Source of the DNA: an uncultured Chloroflexia bacterium
GTDB lineage: Bacteria; Chloroflexota; Limnocylindria; Limnocylindrales; CSP1-4
DNA length: 64,000 nucleotides
Direction: 5' to 3'
Assembly (NCBI GenBank): GCA_963752475.1
Contig: CAVVYR010000008.1
Span: forward strand, 1-64,000
This document shows, piece by piece, positions 1-8,843 of this stretch (within the stretch, counting starts at the first letter, position 1; each line of letters begins with the position of its first letter). The notes beneath the pieces are model-generated. The model was not told the origin of the DNA and made no database searches. It saw only the letters and a list, made by a program, of their open reading frames with translations. The position numbers were made by a program, and so were the translations under genes.

Positions 1-2
1 AC

Positions 3-861
3 GCCCCCATCTGTACCCCCTTCGCGGCCGATGAGGCGGTCGATCTCGGTGCGCTGCGCGCCAACATGGAGCGCTACGCCGGATCGGGTATCCATGGCTA
101 CCTGGCCATCGGCAGCAACGGAGAGAACCGCGCGCTCACAGAGGATGAGCGACGCGAGGTGCTGGGCACCGTCGTGCGACACAAGGGCGAGGGCCAGGTG
201 GTCATGGCCGGGGCCACCTACGACGCCCAGCGGGACACCGAGCGCTTCCTCGCCGACGCGGCCGGTCTCGGCGCCGACTACGGCCTGGTCCTCGCACCGG
301 GCTACTACAAGAAGCAGATGACCGGCGAGATCCTGTACCGCTACTACGCCACGCTCGCGGATGCCGCGCCACTGCCGCTGATCATCTACAACGCACCCGG
401 CATCAGCGGGGTCACGATGGCGCCGGAGCTCATCGAACGGCTCGCGGACCATCCCAACATCGCGGGCATGAAGTACACCGCCACCGCGGACGTGGAAACC
501 TACGTCGGCCTGCAGCGTCCGGGCTTCGACGTCCTCGCCGGCAGCGCCAGCATCCTGCTCGAAGCCATGTCGCAGGGCTCGCCCGGCGGCACGGTCTCAC
601 TGGCCAACTCCTTCCCCGCCGTGGCCCTCCGGCTGTACGAGCTGTGCCGCTCCGGCGACCGCGCAGGAGGCCCAGAGCTACTCGGAGTTCGTCACCCGCG
701 TGAACTCAGGGATCAGCGGCAAGCACGGCGTGGCCGGCGTCAAGGCCGCCATGCAGCTGGCCGGCTTCCAGGCCGGCATCCCCCGCCGCCCGCTCCTGCC
801 GCTCGACGATTCCGCGGTGGCGGAGTTGCGCGCGACGCTCGAGGCCGAGGGCGTCCTCTGA
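3..861 (+). CDS. Dihydrodipicolinate synthase (DapA/HOGA-like) family class I aldolase; 5' end outside the window, apparent frameshift near 661
   Basis: The frame from base 3 reads APICTPF...GSNGE...IIYNAP...GMKYT (family motifs). After a +1 shift near 661 it continues GVAGVKAAMQLAGFQAGIPRRPLLPL to TGA at 859-861. Confidence 0.85.
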
Positions 862-874
862 TGACGGGCGGTTG

Positions 875-2239
875 ATGGGCCGGGACATCCTCGCGTTCGA
901 CGTGGGCACGAGCGGGCTCAAGGCCGGCGTGTACACCAGCGAGCTGGTCGAGCGTGTGGTCGTCAGCCGCGCGTACGACATCAGAATCGAAGGAGCGCGG
1001 GCGGAGGGAGTGCCCGATGACTGGTGGTCTGCCATCGTCGACGCCTGCGCCGAGATCCGGCCGCACCTGGCGGACGTGGGGGTCGTGGCCATGGGTGTGA
1101 CCACCCCCGGCCTGACGCCGATGGCAGCAGACGGCCGCGCCCTGGGCCCGGCGATCCTGATGATGGACGGGCGGGCTCACGGCCAAGCGGCTGCCATCCG
1201 CGCGGCCTATGGCGAAGAGCGGTTCCTCGAGGAGGCCTGCAATCTGCCGGTGTCGGGCGGTTCGTCGCTCGCGAGCATCCTCTGGATCCGCGACGAGCAG
1301 CCCGGACTGTGGGCGGAGACCGCGGTCTTCGGCCACGCCAACACGTACGTCGTCAAGCGCCTGACCGGCGAGTGGGCCATCGATCCCTCGACCACATCGA
1401 TCACCGGCCTGTACGCCACTGCACGCAACGACCTGACCTGGAACGAGGGCGTGCTCGAGGCGGCAGGCATCGAACCGGACCGCTTGCCGCGCCTGATGCA
1501 GTCGTTCGACCCGGCCGGGCAGATCCTGCCGGCGGTGGCGGACGAGCTCGGGCTGCCGCGGGACGTGGTCGTGCTCTGCGGTGGCAACGACGCTTCGCTC
1601 GCGGCCTGGTCGGGCGGATCGTCGGACCCCGGCGACGCCAACATCATCAGCGGCACGACCGACATCGCCAACGTCTGTACCGAGCGGCCCATCGCGTCAC
1701 CGGACTTCAACGTCCGCTGCCACGTGATCCCGGGCCGCTGGCTGACGTTCTTCGTGCTCAACACCGGGGGCGTGGCCTACGACTGGTTCTGGCGCACGTT
1801 CTGTCGGGAGCTGAGTGCCGATGACTTCTACGGCGCCTACCTGCCAGACGTGCTGGCGACCTTCCTCGAGGCAGACGACGTCGACGCCCGTGAGGCCGCG
1901 TTGCCCACATACGTGCCCTACCTCTCAGGCAGCCGCTACTCGACCGAGCCGCTCACCGCGTCGCTCTCGGGCGTCCGCCTTGGGACCACGCGCGAAGAGC
2001 TGCTGCTCGCGATGGTCCGCGGCAACCTCAGCTACGTCGGTGGGCACTTCGCAGATGTCGCAGCCAGCGTCAAGGTCGACCGGACCGTCGGCATCTCCGG
2101 TGGCGCCGCACGCATCAAGGGCATGCTGGACGCACGCCGGCGCTGGACCGGCGACTTCGACTATCGGTTCCAGGACCAGTCATCCCTGCTCGGCGCGGCC
2201 ATGCTGGGGCAGGTCTACCAACGCGGCGACGTGACATGA
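875..2239 (+). CDS. FGGY-family carbohydrate kinase (xylulokinase-like)
   Basis: N-terminal AFDVGTSGLKA, GGND, PYLSGSR and SGGAA motifs; 455 aa ORF. Confidence 0.88.
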   Translation: MGRDILAFDVGTSGLKAGVYTSELVERVVVSRAYDIRIEGARAEGVPDDWWSAIVDACAEIRPHLADVGVVAMGVTTPGLTPMAADGRALGPAILMMDGRAHGQAAAIRAAYGEERFLEEACNLPVSGGSSLASILWIRDEQPGLWAETAVFGHANTYVVKRLTGEWAIDPSTTSITGLYATARNDLTWNEGVLEAAGIEPDRLPRLMQSFDPAGQILPAVADELGLPRDVVVLCGGNDASLAAWSGGSSDPGDANIISGTTDIANVCTERPIASPDFNVRCHVIPGRWLTFFVLNTGGVAYDWFWRTFCRELSADDFYGAYLPDVLATFLEADDVDAREAALPTYVPYLSGSRYSTEPLTASLSGVRLGTTREELLLAMVRGNLSYVGGHFADVAASVKVDRTVGISGGAARIKGMLDARRRWTGDFDYRFQDQSSLLGAAMLGQVYQRGDVT

Positions 2240-2258
2240 ACGGAGGGAGGGCCGGACG

Positions 2259-3110
2259 ATGCCGGTGACATCGACGAAGCGACTCGTGACCGAGGCCATG
2301 GCGGGTGGCTATGCCGTCCCCGCCATCAACGTCGTCAACCAGCTCACGCTGGAGGCGGTGCTGGCCGCGGCCCAGGAGCTGCGCAGCCCGATGATCGTGC
2401 AGACCTCGGTCAAGACCGTGCGCTCGATCGGCCTCGAGGTGCTCAAGGCCATGTGGGACACCACCGCCGCACGCGTCGACGTCCCCGTCGCGCTGCACCT
2501 TGACCACTGCCCCGACCGACAGGTCATCAGCGACTGCCTCGCCGCAGGCTGGAACTCGGTGCTCTTCGATGCGCACGAGCTCAGCGTCGAGGAGAACGAG
2601 CGGCAGTGCCTCGAGGTCGTGTCCGAGGCCCGTGCGGTCGGTGCTCACGTGGAGGGTGAGATCGAGGGTATCGCGGGCGTCGAGGACGGCATCGGCTCCG
2701 ACGAGCAGGGACCGGTCCAGACGCTCGAGGTCGCGATCGGCTTCGTCGAGCGCACGGGCGTGGACATCTTCGCGCCGGCCATCGGCAATGCCCACGGCAT
2801 GTACAAGGCGCAGCCGGTGCTGGACCACCAGCGCATCACCGACCTCGTCGAGGCCACGGGCATCCCGATGGCGCTCCACGGCGGTACCGGCCTCACCGTG
2901 GAGCAGTTCAGCGACCTCATCGCCCGTGGCTGCGCCAAGGTCAACGTCTCGACCGCGCTCAAGATCGCCTACACCGACGCCAACCGGGCCTACCTCACCG
3001 AGAACCCCACGGCGGCCGATCCGCCCAAGCTCTTCGCCCACGTGCGCGAGGCGGTCATGGAGATGACCCGCAAGCACATCCGCATGTTCGGGTCGGAGGG
3101 TCGGGCGTGA
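2259..3110 (+). CDS. fba: Class II fructose/tagatose-bisphosphate aldolase
   Basis: LHLDH, VEGEIE, IGNAHGMY, LHGGTG and KVNVST motifs; GGAGG RBS upstream. Confidence 0.9.
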   Translation: MPVTSTKRLVTEAMAGGYAVPAINVVNQLTLEAVLAAAQELRSPMIVQTSVKTVRSIGLEVLKAMWDTTAARVDVPVALHLDHCPDRQVISDCLAAGWNSVLFDAHELSVEENERQCLEVVSEARAVGAHVEGEIEGIAGVEDGIGSDEQGPVQTLEVAIGFVERTGVDIFAPAIGNAHGMYKAQPVLDHQRITDLVEATGIPMALHGGTGLTVEQFSDLIARGCAKVNVSTALKIAYTDANRAYLTENPTAADPPKLFAHVREAVMEMTRKHIRMFGSEGRA

Positions 3111-3874
3111 GCGCGCTCATCTTCGACTGCGACGGGGTCCTTGCCGACACCGAGCGCTACGGGCACCTGCCCGCGTTCAACCGCACCTTCGAGGCGTTCG
3201 GCCTGCCGGCGCACTGGACCGAAGAGGAGTACGGCGAGGCGCTGCACATCGGCGGGGGCAAGGAGCGGATGCGCTCGCTGCTGACGCCCGCGTTCGTGGC
3301 CCAGGCCGGCCTCCCGACCGACCCCGAGGCGCAGGCCGCCGAGATCGCCAAGTGGCACAAGCACAAGACCGCGCTGTACGTGGAGATGGTGCGGGCCGGT
3401 GAGCTGCCGCCGCGGCCGGGCATCGCCCGCATCGTGGATGAGGCCCGCGACGCCGGCTGGCAGCTGGCCGTGTGCTCGACGTCGGCGGAGCCTTCCGTAC
3501 GCGCCATCCTCGAGAACGCCGTCGGTGGGGACGTGGCGGCCGACTTCCTCGTCCTCGCCGGCGACGTGGTGGCGGCCAAGAAGCCGGCCCCGGACATCTA
3601 CCTGCTGGCGCTCGAGCGGCTGGGTATCGAACCGTCGGAGGGCATCGTGGTCGAGGACTCGCGCAACGGCCTGCTGGCCTCGGCCGCGGCCGGCCTGGCC
3701 ACGATCGTGACCGTGAACGGCTACACCCGTGAGCAGGACTTCGGCGAGGCCGCGCTTGTGGTCTCCTCACTGGGCGACCCGGACGAGCCGCCCATCGAGA
3801 TCCTGGCGAACCGGACCGAGGCCCGACCCGCCGACTGGGTTCGCCTGGCCGACCTTGAGGCCTGCCTCGGCTAG
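3107..3874 (+). CDS. HAD-IA hydrolase, CbbY-like sugar-phosphate phosphatase
   Basis: [15 protein letters not shown]...[18 protein letters not shown] and VVEDS motifs; GTGA overlap with the aldolase. Confidence 0.85.
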   Translation: MSALIFDCDGVLADTERYGHLPAFNRTFEAFGLPAHWTEEEYGEALHIGGGKERMRSLLTPAFVAQAGLPTDPEAQAAEIAKWHKHKTALYVEMVRAGELPPRPGIARIVDEARDAGWQLAVCSTSAEPSVRAILENAVGGDVAADFLVLAGDVVAAKKPAPDIYLLALERLGIEPSEGIVVEDSRNGLLASAAAGLATIVTVNGYTREQDFGEAALVVSSLGDPDEPPIEILANRTEARPADWVRLADLEACLG

Positions 3875-4839
3875 ACCGGATCCGGCAGCGGCTTCCCGCT
3901 CAGCCCCGCGATGAGGTTCGCCGCCGCCTTCTCCGCCATGCGGTCACGCGTGCGTTCGGAGGCCGACGCGATGTGCGGCACCACCAGGCAGTTGGGCAGC
4001 GACAGCAGCGGGTCGTCCGCGCGCATGGGCTCGGGATCGGTGACGTCGAGGCCGGCGCCGAAGAGGTGGCCCGAGCGCAAGGCATCGGCCAGCGCTGCCT
4101 GGTCGACCACGGGGCCCCGGCTGCTGTTGACGAGGATGGCGCCCGGCTTCATGCGAGCCAGCGCTCCGGCATCGATGAGGTGCCGGGTCTCATCGGTCAG
4201 CGTGGTGTGCAGGCTGACGAAGTCGGCCTCGGCCAACAGATCGTCCAGCCGCGTGAAGGTCGCATCCAGCTCGGCCTCGACCTCCGCCGGTGCCTGGACA
4301 CGGTCGTAGTAGAGGGTCCGCATCCCAAAGCCCTTGGCACGGCGCGCCATCTCCCGCCCGATGCGTCCGAAGCCGATGATGCCCAGCGTGGCGCCGTGGA
4401 TGTCCTTCCCCAGCAGCAGCAGAGGTCCCCACGTCTGCCAGCGATCGTCTCGTACGAAGTCGTAGCTCTCGGGCAGCCGACGGGCCACGGCCATGAGCAG
4501 CGCGAAGGCCAGGTCGGCGGTGGTCTCGGTGAGGACGCCGGGCGTGTTGCCCACGGCCACGCCCCGCTCGCGACAGGCGTCGACATCGATGTTGTCGTAG
4601 CCGACGGCGTAGTTGCTCACGACCTTCAGGCTCGGGCCTGCGCTTTCGAGGAGCTCACCGTCCACGCGATCGGTGAGCAGGGAGAGCAGCCCATCCACAC
4701 CCCGGACGCGCTCGAGCAGCACATCGCGCGGTGGCGGCAGCTCGTCATCCCAGAGGTCGACGTCGGCAGCGGCGCGCACCGCCTCGAGGCCGGCCTCGGG
4801 GATGCGGCGCGTGACGAGGACGCGAGGTCGCTCGGGCAT
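3871..4839 (-). CDS. gyaR: D-glycerate dehydrogenase / glyoxylate reductase (D-2-hydroxyacid dehydrogenase)
   Basis: [43 protein letters not shown] and PHIAS motifs; start set at MPERPR, after AGGAG. Confidence 0.88.
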   Translation of the reverse strand: MPERPRVLVTRRIPEAGLEAVRAAADVDLWDDELPPPRDVLLERVRGVDGLLSLLTDRVDGELLESAGPSLKVVSNYAVGYDNIDVDACRERGVAVGNTPGVLTETTADLAFALLMAVARRLPESYDFVRDDRWQTWGPLLLLGKDIHGATLGIIGFGRIGREMARRAKGFGMRTLYYDRVQAPAEVEAELDATFTRLDDLLAEADFVSLHTTLTDETRHLIDAGALARMKPGAILVNSSRGPVVDQAALADALRSGHLFGAGLDVTDPEPMRADDPLLSLPNCLVVPHIASASERTRDRMAEKAAANLIAGLSGKPLPDPV

Positions 4840-4920
4840 GATCGACTCCTGGAGATGCGGGTGCGGCGAGGTGCTCGAATGGCTGCAGGCTAGCACCCGC
4901 GAGCGGCTACCCTGTCCACG

Positions 4921-6030
4921 ATGCCGACATACGCCGATCCCGAAGACGGACGCCTGGTGCCCAGCGAAGGACTACGCGCCTGGATCATCGCGGTGCTCGA
5001 GCGTTTCGATACGCCACCCGAGATCGCCAGGGACGTGGCCGAAGTCCTCGTCGCGGCCGACCGACGCGCCATCGCCTCCCACGGCACGGCCCGTCTGCCC
5101 CAGTACCTGGCCCTCATCGAGGCCGGCGTCATGGACCCTATGGCTCGTCCCGAGCGCGTCCGCTCGAAGACCGCCATCGGGCTCTTCCACGCCCACAACG
5201 GTTGGGGCCACCATGCCTCGCGCGTGGCCATGGATGCGGCCATCGAGGGGGCCTCGGACTTCGGCAGCTACACCGCCGTCGTGCGCAACTCCAACCACTT
5301 CGGCATCGCCGGCTGGTACGCGCTGCGCGCGGCCGACGCAGGGCTCATCGGCATCAGCATGACCAACGCGTCTCCACTGGTCGTGGCCACCCGCGGGATC
5401 GACCCGGTGCTGGGCACGAACCCCCTGGCGGTTGCCGCACCGGCCGGGAAGCGCGGTCATTTCTGCCTGGACATGGCGACCTCGACCATCACCCGCGGCA
5501 AGGTCGAGGTGGCATCTCGCCGCCACGAGACGCTCCGGCCCGGCTGGGCCGTCGACGCCGAGGGACAGCCCACGACAGAGCCCGCTGCCGCTTTCGAGGG
5601 CGCCCTGCTGCCGCTGGGCGGCGTGGAAGAGAGCGGCGGCCACAAGGGCTACGGGCTGACGCTGCTCGTCGACATCCTGACCGGCGTGCTCGGTGGCTCC
5701 ACGGCTGCACCACTGATCGCGCCACTCTTCTCGACCGAGGGCGGCGAGTCCGACCTGGGCCAGATCTTCATGGCCATCGATCCCGATGCCATCGATGAGC
5801 CCGGCGCCTTCGAGGCTCGCTTGGAGGCAGAACTCGAGATGCTCACTTCGAGCCGCACAGCGCAAGGCGCTCCAGGCCGGATCCTCATCCCGGGCGAGCC
5901 CGAGGCCGAGGCTGAACGACGCTCCCATGAGCGCGGCGTGGTCATGGATGCCGAACATCACGCCGATCTCCTTGATATCGGCTCACGCTCCGGCGTGCCC
6001 TTCCCTGACACCACACCCATCGGAGGCTGA
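4921..6030 (+). CDS. Ldh_2 family (malate/L-lactate/ureidoglycolate-type) oxidoreductase
   Basis: SHG, NSNHFG, GTNPLA, DMATS, GHKGYGL and IPGE motifs. Confidence 0.88.
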   Translation: MPTYADPEDGRLVPSEGLRAWIIAVLERFDTPPEIARDVAEVLVAADRRAIASHGTARLPQYLALIEAGVMDPMARPERVRSKTAIGLFHAHNGWGHHASRVAMDAAIEGASDFGSYTAVVRNSNHFGIAGWYALRAADAGLIGISMTNASPLVVATRGIDPVLGTNPLAVAAPAGKRGHFCLDMATSTITRGKVEVASRRHETLRPGWAVDAEGQPTTEPAAAFEGALLPLGGVEESGGHKGYGLTLLVDILTGVLGGSTAAPLIAPLFSTEGGESDLGQIFMAIDPDAIDEPGAFEARLEAELEMLTSSRTAQGAPGRILIPGEPEAEAERRSHERGVVMDAEHHADLLDIGSRSGVPFPDTTPIGG

Positions 6031-6032
6031 CC

Positions 6033-7022
6033 ATGACCGCCAGCAACGAACGCTTCCTTGTGACCGGCGCCCTCGGCTGCGTGGGGGCCTGGGTCGTGAA
6101 GCTGCTCGTGGACGAGGGCGCCACGGTCGTGACCTTCGACAAGGGCGATGACACCAAGCGCCTGCGGCTGGTGATGGGCGAGGACGGGCCGTCCCGGGTG
6201 ACGATGCTCAACAGTGACATCACCGATGCCGGCGCTATCGGCCGGGCGCTCGACGACCACGACATCACGCACGTCATCCACCTCGCGGCGCTGCAGCTGC
6301 CATTCGCCAAGGCCAACCCTCCGCTCGGCGCCCTGGTCAACGTCGTCGGCACGGTCAACCTCTTCGAGGCCGTGAAGGAGCGGAAGGAGCGCATCGGGCC
6401 CATCGTCTACGCCGGCTCGGTGGCGATGTATAGCTCGGGAGACGCGCTCGACGGCCGCCTGGCAGAGGACGCCGTGCCTCACCCGGGCAGCCACTACGGC
6501 GTCTACAAGCTGGCCAACGAGGGCACCGCCAGGATCTACGCTGCTGACGATGGCGTCGCCAGCGTGGGCCTGCGCCCACTGGCCATCTACGGTCCCGGGC
6601 GCGACCAGGGACTGACCAGCGACCCCTCGCGCTCGATCCTCAGTGCGCTGCTGGGCCGGCCCTTCGAGATCGGCTTCGGCGGCCGCACCACGCTGCAGTT
6701 CGCGCCTGACGTGGCGCAGACGTTCATCACGGCGGCACGCTCATCGGTGGGTGGCGCGAAGGTCTACAACCTCGCGGGCTCGCTGGTCTCGATCGACGCC
6801 TTCATCGAGACCATCGACCGCGTGGTGCCCGGCGCGGCCGAGCTGGTGACCCACAAGCCTCTGGCGCTCGACTTCCCCTCCGACATCGAGTCGATCTCGC
6901 TGACCGAGCTGGGCGAGATCCACGTCACGTCGCTGGAGGACGCCATCACCGCCAGCGTGGCTCTCTATCGCGAACGCCTCGACCAGGGCCAGCTGGACCC
7001 CGCGGAGCACGGACTGACCTAG
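6033..7022 (+). CDS. NAD-dependent epimerase/dehydratase (extended SDR)
   Basis: VTGALGCVG, HLAA, YGVYK (YxxxK) and IYGPGR motifs. Confidence 0.85.
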   Translation: MTASNERFLVTGALGCVGAWVVKLLVDEGATVVTFDKGDDTKRLRLVMGEDGPSRVTMLNSDITDAGAIGRALDDHDITHVIHLAALQLPFAKANPPLGALVNVVGTVNLFEAVKERKERIGPIVYAGSVAMYSSGDALDGRLAEDAVPHPGSHYGVYKLANEGTARIYAADDGVASVGLRPLAIYGPGRDQGLTSDPSRSILSALLGRPFEIGFGGRTTLQFAPDVAQTFITAARSSVGGAKVYNLAGSLVSIDAFIETIDRVVPGAAELVTHKPLALDFPSDIESISLTELGEIHVTSLEDAITASVALYRERLDQGQLDPAEHGLT

Positions 7023-7603
7023 CCCTGCGGCTCAGCTTCGGCTGGGTCATCACTCGTCGCTTCCTGCCAGATCTCCATCCAGTCAGGCGGCAGCTCGGGC
7101 ATCTCATCGGGCAGGATCACGCCGATGAACGTCTCCGTAGCGTGGTCGATGATGACGTAGGCGGTCAGGCCCTCGTACGCGCCCGCACCGTCGAGGAACA
7201 ACTGTTCGGGAACGTTGATCGGATCGTCGTCAGCCATCGAGGCAGCCTGCCTGCTTGAGCCGGTCCAGGTGTCGCCGCCATCGCCCACGACCCACTGGCT
7301 CTCGGAGATGACGACCAGGGCGGGAGGCCACCAGCCGTCCCAGCTGCCGATGACTTCTGTCACGCCGCCGAAACGCGGATCGTCCGACGTGACGGTGAAC
7401 CTGGACCGGGCACCATCCATGCTGGCCATGAGTTCGCCGACCATGTCGACGTCGCCCTCGGTCAGGAGCTCCTGGTGGACCCACTCGCCGCTGATGCGGG
7501 CAGGCGTCATGGGGCCGAAGAGCGGCTCTTCGTCGCTCGCGACCACGACGCCAGGCAGGGTGACCAGCGCGGCCGAGATGAGCAGCAGCGGAAGCTCGCG
7601 CAT
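7019..7603 (-). CDS. Hypothetical secreted protein
   Basis: Signal-peptide-like N-terminus MRELPLLLISAALVTLPGVVVA, then an acidic beta-rich body; no recognisable family. Confidence 0.6.
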   Translation of the reverse strand: MRELPLLLISAALVTLPGVVVASDEEPLFGPMTPARISGEWVHQELLTEGDVDMVGELMASMDGARSRFTVTSDDPRFGGVTEVIGSWDGWWPPALVVISESQWVVGDGGDTWTGSSRQAASMADDDPINVPEQLFLDGAGAYEGLTAYVIIDHATETFIGVILPDEMPELPPDWMEIWQEATSDDPAEAEPQG

Positions 7604-7660
7604 GCGCGGTATCTCATCGTCGAGCGGACGCACGGTCAAGAGTCGAACGGCACCTGACCG

Positions 7661-8245
7661 TCAGCGATCGACTGCCAGGAGCATGGCCACAGCAGCATCG
7701 GCTGCCTGCTCCACCTCGAGGCCGCGTTCGAGCACCAGCGACCGCCACGTCCAGAAGTCGACCAGGTGCCGCGCCACGGCTGCTTGCACGGGCCCTCCGG
7801 GACCGTCCGGGGCGGCGATCACACTGGCCATCGCGTCGACCTGTGCCGCCATGGCGGCCTGAGCGGACTCGGGCATGGCCGACTGATCCCGATGGATCGG
7901 GTACAGCTCGCCGTGCCGGGCCTCGTACCAGGCGTAGAGCTCCTCGAACGCTCGATCGGCCCGAGCCCTGAGCGATGGGATCTCGGCCCAGGCCGCCACG
8001 TCAGGACCGGGATTGAGCATGTTCCAGTGGCCCATACAGGCGACGAAGAGGGCATCGAGATCATCGAAGTGTCGATAGACAGTGAGGCGCGTGACGCCGG
8101 CCTCGTCGGCCACGCCCGAGATCGTCGTGTTCGCCGGTCCGGCCGAGGTATGCAGCCGCACCGCCGCCTCCGTGATGCGCTGACGTGTCTCATCGATCTG
8201 CTCGGCGCGACGGCGCATGCGGTACTGGCGTTTCGGTGAACGCAT
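7661..8245 (-). CDS. TetR/AcrR family transcriptional regulator
   Basis: TRQRITEAA...TTISGVADEAGVTRLTVYRHF helix-turn-helix. Confidence 0.9.
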   Translation of the reverse strand: MRSPKRQYRMRRRAEQIDETRQRITEAAVRLHTSAGPANTTISGVADEAGVTRLTVYRHFDDLDALFVACMGHWNMLNPGPDVAAWAEIPSLRARADRAFEELYAWYEARHGELYPIHRDQSAMPESAQAAMAAQVDAMASVIAAPDGPGGPVQAAVARHLVDFWTWRSLVLERGLEVEQAADAAVAMLLAVDR

Positions 8246-8302
8246 ATGTTCTCTGGATGTTGACATGTCGGACATCGTGGTTCAGTATACGCCGCTGTTC
8301 AC
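8236..8302. promoter_or_regulatory. Putative TetR operator pair around a divergent promoter
   Basis: GTGAAC-N6-GTTCTC (8236-8253) and GTATAC-N6-GTTCAC (8285-8302) flank TTGACA (8260-8265) between the divergent tetR and cupin genes. Confidence 0.5.
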
Positions 8303-8324
8303 CGTAATCAGGAGGTTCGCCCCG

Positions 8325-8843
8325 ATGGTCCAGCAGCTCGAAACACCGACCCAGCTCAAGGTCGTCCAGCCCGGCGAGGGCGACACCGGGGTCCTGGCCC
8401 CAGGCGTAGGCGTCCAGTTCAAGATCGATGCGGAGGATGTCGGCGGTCACGTGTCGGTCGTGGAGCACCCGTTCGAGGTGGGCGCGCTCGTGCCACCGCA
8501 CGTGCACCACCGCGAGGACGAGGTCTCGATCGTGCTCGAGGGCGAGATCGGGTTCCGTTCGGAGGATCGCGAAGCCGTGCTCGCAGCCGGCGGCTACATC
8601 GTCAAGCCGCGTGGCGAGGTCCACGCCATGTGGAATGCCGGGAAGGTTCCCGCGCGCATGATCGAGATCATCACCCCAGCCGGCTTCGACAAGTTCTTCC
8701 GGGAGCTGTCGACGGCCAATGCCCAGCGGCCGCTGAGCCCGCCGGAGATCTTCGAACTGGCAGGCCGCTACGATCTGCCGTTCGCGGAGCCCGACTGGAT
8801 GGGCGATGTCATCGAGCGCTACGGCCTGACCCCGCCCTCCTAG
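8325..8843 (+). CDS. Cupin domain protein (quercetinase-like)
   Basis: PPHVHHREDE and PRGEVHAMWN cupin motifs; AGGAGG RBS before ATG 8325. Confidence 0.85.
   Translation: MVQQLETPTQLKVVQPGEGDTGVLAPGVGVQFKIDAEDVGGHVSVVEHPFEVGALVPPHVHHREDEVSIVLEGEIGFRSEDREAVLAAGGYIVKPRGEVHAMWNAGKVPARMIEIITPAGFDKFFRELSTANAQRPLSPPEIFELAGRYDLPFAEPDWMGDVIERYGLTPPS

Noticed and set aside
2259-3874. fba plus cbbY as part of a Calvin-cycle (cbb) operon
   Set aside because: There is no RuBisCO or phosphoribulokinase in the window, and the neighbours are catabolic (FGGY kinase, DapA-like aldolase).
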